A stretch of 64,000 bases of DNA from the NCBI RefSeq assembly GCF_009914755.1, contig NC_060941.1. One strand, written 5' to 3'. Made by a program: the position numbers and the translations under genes. The notes under the pieces were generated by a model that saw only the letters and a list, made by a program, of their open reading frames with translations, had not been told where the DNA came from and did no database searches. Shown here piece after piece: positions 54,501 to 64,000 of this stretch; positions within the stretch are counted from its first letter, which is position 1, and every line of letters starts with the position of its first letter. Source of the DNA: the human T2T-CHM13v2.0 reference genome, Homo sapiens.

Positions 54501-57082
54501 CCTCAATACTAGATAGAAGCATTCTCAGAAACTGCTTTGTGATGATTGCATTCACCTCACAGAGTTGAACATTCCTATTGATAGAGCAGTTTGGAAACAC
54601 TCTTGTTGTGGAATGTGCAAGTGGAGATTTGGAGCGCTTTGAGGCCTATGGTAGTAAAGGGAATAGCTTCATAGAAAAACTAGACAGAAGCATTCTCAGA
54701 AAATACTTTGTGATGATTGAGTTTAACTCACAGAGCTGAACATTCCTTTGGATGGAGCAGGTTTGAGACACACTTTTTGTAGAATCTACAAGTGGATATT
54801 TGGACCTCTCTGAGGATTTCGTTGGAAACGGGATAACTGCACCTAACTAAACGGAAGCATTCTCAGAAACTTCTTGGTGATGTTTGCATTCAAATCCCAG
54901 AGTTGAACCTTCCTTTGATAGTTCAGGTTTGAAACACTCTTTTTGTAGGATCTGCAAGTGGATATTTGGACCACTCTGTGGCCTTCGTTCGAAACGGGTA
55001 TATCTTCGCATAAAATCTAGACAGAAGCCTTCTCAGAAACTTCTCTGTGATGATTGCATTCAACTCACAGAGTTGAACCCTCCTATGGATAGAGCAGTGT
55101 TGAAACTCTCTTTTTGTGGAATCTGCAAGTGGATATGTGGACCTCTCCGAAGATGTCTTTGGAAACGGGAATATCTTCACATAAAAACTAAACAGAAGCA
55201 TTCTCAGAAACTTCTCTGTGATGTTTGTGTTCAACTCCCAGAGTTTCACATTGCTTTTCATAGAGTAGTTCTGAAACATGCTTTTCGTAGTGTCTACAAG
55301 TGGACATTTGGAGCGCTTTCAGGCCTGTGGTGGAAAACGAATTATGGTCACATAAAAACTGGAGAGAAGCATTGTCAGAAACTTCTTTGTGATGATTGCA
55401 TTCAACTCACAGAGTTGAAGGTTCCTTTTCAAAGAGCAGTTTCCAATCACTCTTTCTGTGGAATCTGCAAGTGGATATTTGGACCTATTTTGAAGATTTC
55501 GTTGGAAACGGGAGAATCTTCACAGGAAAGCTAAACAGAAGCATTCTCAGAAACTTCTTTGTGATGCTTGCATTCAACTCACAGAGTTGAACTTTCCTTT
55601 CGAGAGAGAAGCTTTGAAACACTCTTTTTCCAGAATCTGCAAGTGGACATTTGGAGGGCTTTGAGGCCTGTGGTGGAAAAGGAATTATCTTCCCGTAAAA
55701 GCTAGATAGAAGCATTCTCAGAAACTACTTTGTGATGATTGCATTCAAGTCACAGAGTTGAACATTCCCTTTGACAGAGCAGTTTGGAAACTCTCTTTGT
55801 GTAGAATCTGCAAGTGGAGATACGGACCGCTTTGAGGCCTATGGTAGTAAAGGAAATAGCTTCATATAAAAGCTAGACAGTAGCATTCACAGAAAACTCT
55901 TGGTGACGACTGAGTTTAACTCACAGAGCTGAACATTCCTTTGGATGGAGCAGTTTCGAAACACACTATTTGTAGAATGTGCAAGTGGATATTTAGGCCT
56001 CTCTGAGGATTTCGTTGGAAACGGGATAAACCGCACAGAACTAAACAGAAGCATTCTCAGAACCTTCTTCGTGATGTTTGCATTCAACTCACAGTGTTGA
56101 ACCTTTCTTTGATAGTTCAGGTTTGAAACGGTCTTTCTGTAGAAACTGCAAGTAGATATTTGGACCTCTCTGAGGATTTCGTTGGAAACGGGATAACCCG
56201 CACAGAACTAAAACAGAAGCATTCTCAGAACCCTCTTCGTGATGTTTGCATTCAACTCACAGTGCTGAACCTTTCTTTGATAGTTCAGCTTTGAAACACT
56301 CTTTTTGTAGAAACTGCAAGTGGATATTTGGTCCTCTCTGAGCATTTCGTTGGAAACGGGATAAACTGCACAGAACTAAACAGAAGCATTCTCAGAACCT
56401 TCTTCGTGATGTCTGCATTCAACTCACAGTGTGGAACCTTTCTTTGATAGTTCAGGTTTGAAACACTCTTTTTGTAGAAACTGCAAGGGGATCATTGCAC
56501 TCTTTGAGGAGTACCGTAGTAAAGGAAATAACTTCCTATAAAAAGAAGACAGAAGCTTTCTCAGAAAATTCTTTGGGATGATTGAGTTGAACTCACAGAG
56601 CTGAGCATTCCTTGCGATGTAGCAGTTTAGAAACACACTTTCTGCAGAATCTGCAAGTGCATATTTGGACCTCTGTGAGGAATTCGTTGGAAACGGGATA
56701 ATTTCAGCTGACTAAACAGAAGCAGTCTCAGAATCTTCTTTGTGATGTTTGCATTCAAATCCCCGAGTTGAACTTTCCTTTCAAAGTTCACGTTTGAAAC
56801 ACTCTTTTTGCAGGATCTACAAGTGGATATTTGGACCACTCTGTGTCCTTCGTTCGAAACGGGTATATCTTCACATGACATCTAGACAGAAGCATCCTCA
56901 GAAGCTTCTCTGTGATGACTGCATTCAACTCACGGAGTTGAACACTCCTTTTGAGAGCGCAGTTTTGAAACTCTCTTTCTGTGGCATCTGCAAGGGGACA
57001 TGTAGACCTCTTTGAAGATTTCGTTGGAAACGGAATCATCTTCACATAAAAACTATACAGATGCATTCTCAGGAACTTTTTG

Positions 57083-60000
57083 TTGATGTTTGTATTCAAC
57101 TCCCAGAGTTGAACTTTCCTTTGGAAAGAGCAGCTATGAAACACTGTTTCTCTAGAATCTGCAAGTGGACGTTTGGAGGGCTTTGTGGTTTGTGGTGGAA
57201 AAGGAAATATCTTCACCTAAATACTAGATAGAAGCATTCTCAGAAACTGCTTTGTGATGATTGCATTCACCTCACAGAGTTGAACATTCCTATTGATAGA
57301 GCAGTTTGGAAACACTCTTGTTGTGGAATGTGCAAGTGGAGATTTGGAGCGCTTTGAGGCCTATGGTAGTAAAGGGAATAGCTTCATAGAAAAACTAGAC
57401 AGAAGCATTCTCAGAAAATACTTTGTGATGATTGAGTTTAACTCACAGAGCTGAACATTCCTTTGGATGGAGCAGGTTTGAGACACACTTTTTGTAGAAT
57501 CTACAAGTGGGTATTTGGACCTCTCTGAGGATTTCGTTGGAAACGGGATAACTGCACCTAACTAAACGGAAGCATTCTCAGAAACTTCTTGGTGATGTTT
57601 GCATTCAAATCCCAGAGTTGAACCTTCCTTTGATAGTTCAGGTTTGAAACACTCTTTTTGTAGGATCTGCAAGTGGATATTTGGACCACTCTGTGGCCTT
57701 CGTTCGAAACGGGTATATCTTCGCATAAAATCTAGACAGAAGCCTTCTCAGAAACTTCTCTGTGATGATTGCATTCAACTCACAGAGTTGAACCCTCCTA
57801 TGGATAGAGCAGTGTTGAAACTCTCTTTTTGTGGAATCTGCAAGTGGATATGTGGACCTCTCCGAAGATGTCTTTGGAAACGGGAATATCTTCACATAAA
57901 AACTAAACAGAAGCATTCTCAGAAACTTCTCTGTGATGTTTGTGTTCAACTCCCAGAGTTTCACATTGCTTTTCATAGAGTAGTTCTGAAACATGCTTTT
58001 CGTAGTGTCTACAAGTGGACATTTGGAGCGCTTTCAGGCCTGTGGTGGAAAACGAATTATGGTCACATAAAAACTGGAGAGAAGCATTGTCAGAAACTTC
58101 TTTGTGATGATTGCATTCAACTCACAGAGTTGAAGGTTCCTTTTCAAAGAGCAGTTTCCAATCACTCTTTCTGTGGAATCTGCAAGTGGATATTTGGACC
58201 TATTTTGAAGATTTCGTTGGAAACGGGAGAATCTTCACAGGAAAGCTAAACAGAAGCATTCTCAGAAACTTCTTTGTGATGCTTGCATTCAACTCACAGA
58301 GTTGAACTTTCCTTTCGAGAGAGAAGCTTTGAAACACTCTTTTTCCAGAATCTGCAAGTGGACATTTGGAGGGCTTTGAGGCCTGTGGTGGAAAAGGAAT
58401 TATCTTCCCGTAAAAGCTAGATAGAAGCATTCTCAGAAACTACTTTGTGATGATTGCATTCAAGTCACAGAGTTGAACATTCCCTTTGACAGAGCAGTTT
58501 GGAAACTCTCTTTGTGTAGAATCTGCAAGTGGAGATACGGACCGCTTTGAGGCCTATGGTAGTAAAGGAAATAGCTTCATATAAAAGCTAGACAGTAGCA
58601 TTCACAGAAAACTCTTGGTGACGACTGAGTTTAACTCACAGAGCTGAACATTCCTTTGGATGGAGCAGTTTCGAAACACACTATTTGTAGAATGTGCAAG
58701 TGGATATTTAGGCCTCTCTGAGGATTTCGTTGGAAACGGGATAAACCGCACAGAACTAAACAGAAGCATTCTCAGAACCTTCTTCGTGATGTTTGCATTC
58801 AACTCACAGTGTTGAACCTTTCTTTGATAGTTCAGGTTTGAAACGGTCTTTCTGTAGAAACTGCAAGTAGATATTTGGACCTCTCTGAGGATTTCGTTGG
58901 AAACGGGATAACCCGCACAGAACTAAAACAGAAGCATTCTCAGAACCCTCTTCGTGATGTTTGCATTCAACTCACAGTGCTGAACCTTTCTTTGATAGTT
59001 CAGCTTTGAAACACTCTTTTTGTAGAAACTGCAAGTGGATATTTGGTCCTCTCTGAGCATTTCGTTGGAAACGGGATAAACTGCACAGAACTAAACAGAA
59101 GCATTCTCAGAACCTTCTTCGTGATGTCTGCATTCAACTCACAGTGTGGAACCTTTCTTTGATAGTTCAGGTTTGAAACACTCTTTTTGTAGAAACTGCA
59201 AGGGGATCATTGCACTCTTTGAGGAGTACCGTAGTAAAGGAAATAACTTCCTATAAAAAGAAGACAGAAGCTTTCTCAGAAAATTCTTTGGGATGATTGA
59301 GTTGAACTCACAGAGCTGAGCATTCCTTGCGATGTAGCAGTTTAGAAACACACTTTCTGCAGAATCTGCAAGTGCATATTTGGACCTCTGTGAGGAATTC
59401 GTTGGAAACGGGATAATTTCAGCTGACTAAACAGAAGCAGTCTCAGAATCTTCTTTGTGATGTTTGCATTCAAATCCCCGAGTTGAACTTTCCTTTCAAA
59501 GTTCACGTTTGAAACACTCTTTTTGCAGGATCTACAAGTGGATATTTGGACCACTCTGTGTCCTTCGTTCGAAACGGGTATATCTTCACATGACATCTAG
59601 ACAGAAGCATCCTCAGAAGCTTCTCTGTGATGACTGCATTCAACTCACGGAGTTGAACACTCCTTTTGAGAGCGCAGTTTTGAAACTCTCTTTCTGTGGC
59701 ATCTGCAAGGGGACATGTAGACCTCTTTGAAGATTTCGTTGGAAACGGAATCATCTTCACATAAAAACTATACAGATGCATTCTCAGGAACTTTTTGTTG
59801 ATGTTTGTATTCAACTCCCAGAGTTGAACTTTCCTTTGGAAAGAGCAGCTATGAAACACTGTTTCTCTAGAATCTGCAAGTGGACGTTTGGAGGGCTTTG
59901 TGGTTTGTGGTGGAAAAGGAAATATCTTCACCTAAATACTAGATAGAAGCATTCTCAGAAACTGCTTTGTGATGATTGCATTCACCTCACAGAGTTGAAC

Positions 60001-60226
60001 ATTCCTATTGATAGAGCAGTTTGGAAACACTCTTGTTGTGGAATGTGCAAGTGGAGATTTGGAGCGCTTTGAGGCCTATGGTAGTAAAGGGAATAGCTTC
60101 ATAGAAAAACTAGACAGAAGCATTCTCAGAAAATACTTTGTGATGATTGAGTTTAACTCACAGAGCTGAACATTCCTTTGGATGGAGCAGGTTTGAGACA
60201 CACTTTTTGTAGAATCTACAAGTGGG
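57083..60226 (+). repeat. Recent single-HOR tandem duplication (minimum extent between shared markers)
   Basis: Rare variants are shared at +2715: 57083/59798 (G>T), 57150/59865 (T>C), 57511/60226 (A>G). Confidence 0.75.
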
Positions 60227-63200
60227 TATTTGGACCTCTCTGAGGATTTCGTTGGAAACGGGATAACTGCACCTAACTAAACGGAAGCATTCTCAGAAAC
60301 TTCTTGGTGATGTTTGCATTCAAATCCCAGAGTTGAACCTTCCTTTGATAGTTCAGGTTTGAAACACTCTTTTTGTAGGATCTGCAAGTGGATATTTGGA
60401 CCACTCTGTGGCCTTCGTTCGAAACGGGTATATCTTCGCATAAAATCTAGACAGAAGCCTTCTCAGAAACTTCTCTGTGATGATTGCATTCAACTCACAG
60501 AGTTGAACCCTCCTATGGATAGAGCAGTGTTGAAACTCTCTTTTTGTGGAATCTGCAAGTGGATATGTGGACCTCTCCGAAGATGTCTTTGGAAACGGGA
60601 ATATCTTCACATAAAAACTAAACAGAAGCATTCTCAGAAACTTCTCTGTGATGTTTGTGTTCAACTCCCAGAGTTTCACATTGCTTTTCATAGAGTAGTT
60701 CTGAAACATGCTTTTCGTAGTGTCTACAAGTGGACATTTGGAGCGCTTTCAGGCCTGTGGTGGAAAACGAATTATGGTCACATAAAAACTGGAGAGAAGC
60801 ATTGTCAGAAACTTCTTTGTGATGATTGCATTCAACTCACAGAGTTGAAGGTTCCTTTTCAAAGAGCAGTTTCCAATCACTCTTTCTGTGGAATCTGCAA
60901 GTGGATATTTGGACCTATTTTGAAGATTTCGTTGGAAACGGGAGAATCTTCACAGGAAAGCTAAACAGAAGCATTCTCAGAAACTTCTTTGTGATGCTTG
61001 CATTCAACTCACAGAGTTGAACTTTCCTTTCGAGAGAGAAGCTTTGAAACACTCTTTTTCCAGAATCTGCAAGTGGACATTTGGAGGGCTTTGAGGCCTG
61101 TGGTGGAAAAGGAATTATCTTCCCGTAAAAGCTAGATAGAAGCATTCTCAGAAACTACTTTGTGATGATTGCATTCAAGTCACAGAGTTGAACATTCCCT
61201 TTGACAGAGCAGTTTGGAAACTCTCTTTGTGTAGAATCTGCAAGTGGAGATATGGACCGCTTTGAGGCCTATGGTAGTAAAGGAAATAGCTTCATATAAA
61301 AGCTAGACAGTAGCATTCACAGAAAACTCTTGGTGACGACTGAGTTTAACTCACAGAGCTGAACATTCCTTTGGATGGAGCAGTTTCGAAACACACTATT
61401 TGTAGAATGTGCAAGTGGATATTTAGGCCTCTCTGAGGATTTCGTTGGAAACGGGATAAACCGCACAGAACTAAACAGAAGCATTCTCAGAACCTTCTTC
61501 GTGATGTTTGCATTCAACTCACAGTGTTGAACCTTTCTTTGATAGTTCAGGTTTGAAACGGTCTTTCTGTAGAAACTGCAAGTAGATATTTGGACCTCTC
61601 TGAGGATTTCGTTGGAAACGGGATAACCCGCACAGAACTAAAACAGAAGCATTCTCAGAACCCTCTTCGTGATGTTTGCATTCAACTCACAGTGCTGAAC
61701 CTTTCTTTGATAGTTCAGCTTTGAAACACTCTTTTTGTAGAAACTGCAAGTGGATATTTGGTCCTCTCTGAGCATTTCGTTGGAAACGGGATAAACTGCA
61801 CAGAACTAAACAGAAGCATTCTCAGAACCTTCTTCGTGATGTCTGCATTCAACTCACAGTGTGGAACCTTTCTTTGATAGTTCAGGTTTGAAACACTCTT
61901 TTTGTAGAAACTGCAAGGGGATCATTGCACTCTTTGAGGAGTACCGTAGTAAAGGAAATAACTTCCTATAAAAAGAAGACAGAAGCTTTCTCAGAAAATT
62001 CTTTGGGATGATTGAGTTGAACTCACAGAGCTGAGCATTCCTTGCGATGTAGCAGTTTAGAAACACACTTTCTGCAGAATCTGCAAGTGCATATTTGGAC
62101 CTCTGTGAGGAATTCGTTGGAAACGGGATAATTTCAGCTGACTAAACAGAAGCAGTCTCAGAATCTTCTTTGTGATGTCTGCATTCAAATCCCCGAGTTG
62201 AACTTTCCTTTCAAAGTTCACGTTTGAAACACTCTTTTTGCAGGATCTACAAGTGGATATTTGGACCACTCTGTGTCCTTCGTTCGAAACGGGTATATCT
62301 TCACATGACATCTAGACAGAAGCATCCTCAGAAGCTTCTCTGTGATGACTGCATTCAACTCACGGAGTTGAACACTCCTTTTGAGAGCGCAGTTTTGAAA
62401 CTCTCTTTCTGTGGCATCTGCAAGGGGACATGTAGACCTCTTTGAAGATTTCGTTGGAAACGGAATCATCTTCACATAAAAACTACACAGATGCATTCTC
62501 AGGAACTTTTTGGTGATGTTTGTATTCAACTCCCAGAGTTGAACTTTCCTTTGGAAAGAGCAGCTATGAAACACTCTTTTTCTAGAATCTGCAAGTGGAC
62601 GTTTGGAGGGCTTTGTGGTTTGTGGTGGAAAAGGAAATATCTTCACCTAAATACTAGATAGAAGCATTCTCAGAAACTGCTTTGTGATGATTGCATTCAC
62701 CTCACAGAGTTGAACATTCCTATTGATAGAGCAGTTTGGAAACACTCTTGTTGTGGAATGTGCAAGTGGAGATTTGGAGCGCTTTGAGGCCTATGGTAGT
62801 AAAGGGAATAGCTTCATAGAAAAACTAGACAGAAGCATTCTCAGAAAATACTTTGTGATGATTGAGTTTAACTCACAGAGCTGAACATTCCTTTGGATGG
62901 AGCAGGTTTGAGACACACTTTTTGTAGAATCTACAAGTGGATATTTGGACCTCTCTGAGGATTTCGTTGGAAACGGGATAACTGCACCTAACTAAACGGA
63001 AGCATTCTCAGAAACTTCTTGGTGATGTTTGCATTCAAATCCCAGAGTTGAACCTTCCTTTGATAGTTCAGGTTTGAAACACTCTTTTTGTAGGATCTGC
63101 AAGTGGATATTTGGACCACTCTGTGGCCTTCGTTCGAAACGGGTATATCTTCGCATAAAATCTAGACAGAAGCCTTCTCAGAAACTTCTCTGTGATGATT

Positions 63201-64000
63201 GCATTCAACTCACAGAGTTGAACCCTCCTATGGATAGAGCAGTGTTGAAACTCTCTTTTTGTGGAATCTGCAAGTGGATATGTGGACCTCTCCGAAGATG
63301 TCTTTGGAAACGGGAATATCTTCACATAAAAACTAAACAGAAGCATTCTCAGAAACTTCTCTGTGATGTTTGTGTTCAACTCCCAGAGTTTCACATTGCT
63401 TTTCATAGAGTAGTTCTGAAACATGCTTTTCGTAGTGTCTACAAGTGGACATTTGGAGCGCTTTCAGGCCTGTGGTGGAAAACGAATTATGGTCACATAA
63501 AAACTGGAGAGAAGCATTGTCAGAATCTTCTTTGTGATGATTGCATTCAACTCACAGAGTTGAAGGTTCCTTTTCAAAGAGCAGTTTCCAATCACTCTTT
63601 CTGTGGAATCTGCAAGTGGATATTTGGACCTATTTTGAAGATTTCGTTGGAAACGGGAGAATCTTCACAGGAAAGCTAAACAGAAGCATTCTCAGAAACT
63701 TCTTTGTGATGCTTGCATTCAACTCACAGAGTTGAACTTTCCTTTCGAGAGAGAAGCTTTGAAACACTCTTTTTCCAGAATCTGCAAGTGGACATTTGGA
63801 GGGCTTTGAGGCCTGTGGTGGAAAAGGAATTATCTTCCCGTAAAAGCTAGATAGAAGCATTCTCAGAAACTACTTTGTGATGATTGCATTCAAGTCACAG
63901 AGTTGAACATTCCCTTTGACAGAGCAGTTTGGAAACTCTCTTTGTGTAGAATCTGCAAGTGGAGATACGGACCGCTTTGAGGCCTATGGTAGTAAAGGAA

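Larger units (their letters stand above)
1..64000 (+). repeat. Centromeric alpha-satellite higher-order repeat array (16-mer, ~2.7 kb), most likely human chr17 D17Z1 (SF3)
   Basis: Alphoid monomer motifs (CATTCTCAGAAAC, TTCAACTCACAGAGTTGAAC, TTCGTTGGAAACGGGA) recur every 167-172 bp. The sequence and the ORF track repeat with a 2,715-bp period. A single GAATTC per unit occurs at 2550, 5264, 7979, 10694, 13408, 16123 ... 45988, 48535 ... 62110. Alpha-satellite identity is essentially certain. The D17Z1 assignment rests on established knowledge of its 2.7-kb EcoRI 16-mer with 15-mer variants. Confidence 0.95.

Noticed and set aside
1-64000. CRISPR-like regularly spaced repeats
   Set aside because: The intervening sequences are themselves homologous and repeated, so there are no unique spacers, and no cas genes are present.
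1-64000. Embedded retroelement (L1/Alu), inversion or non-alphoid insert
   Set aside because: EcoRI and ORF spacing accounts for every base (2715, 2714 or 2547). There are no poly-A tails, target-site duplications or strand switches.
1-64000. A previously undescribed biological system
   Set aside because: Everything is explained by a known class of centromeric satellite and its turnover processes. Only the specific variant events may be unreported.

Overview
The whole 64-kb window is one uninterrupted, single-orientation array of primate (human-type) centromeric alpha-satellite DNA. Monomers of about 167-172 bp form a 16-monomer higher-order repeat (HOR) of 2,715 bp with one EcoRI site per unit, giving 23 sites and 22 complete units. 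Nineteen units are 2,715 bp, two are 2,714 bp and one is a 2,547-bp 15-mer. The unit size, EcoRI periodicity, pentamer-derived monomer order and internal triplicated monomer match the chromosome 17 live array D17Z1 (suprachromosomal family 3); this is recognised from known structure, not from a database search. There are no credible genes, RNA genes, mobile elements or CRISPR arrays. All listed ORFs are chance frames repeated with the satellite. I found no new biological system. The informative signal is in the variants between HOR copies: an 8,144-bp three-HOR tandem duplication, a 15-mer whose crossover maps to 10 bp beside a CENP-B box inside an SNV-rich tract, CENP-B-box-breaking mutations, a GA>TT doublet in a small mutation cluster, and conversion-like mosaicism. 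Variant positions were read by eye and should be confirmed by alignment.
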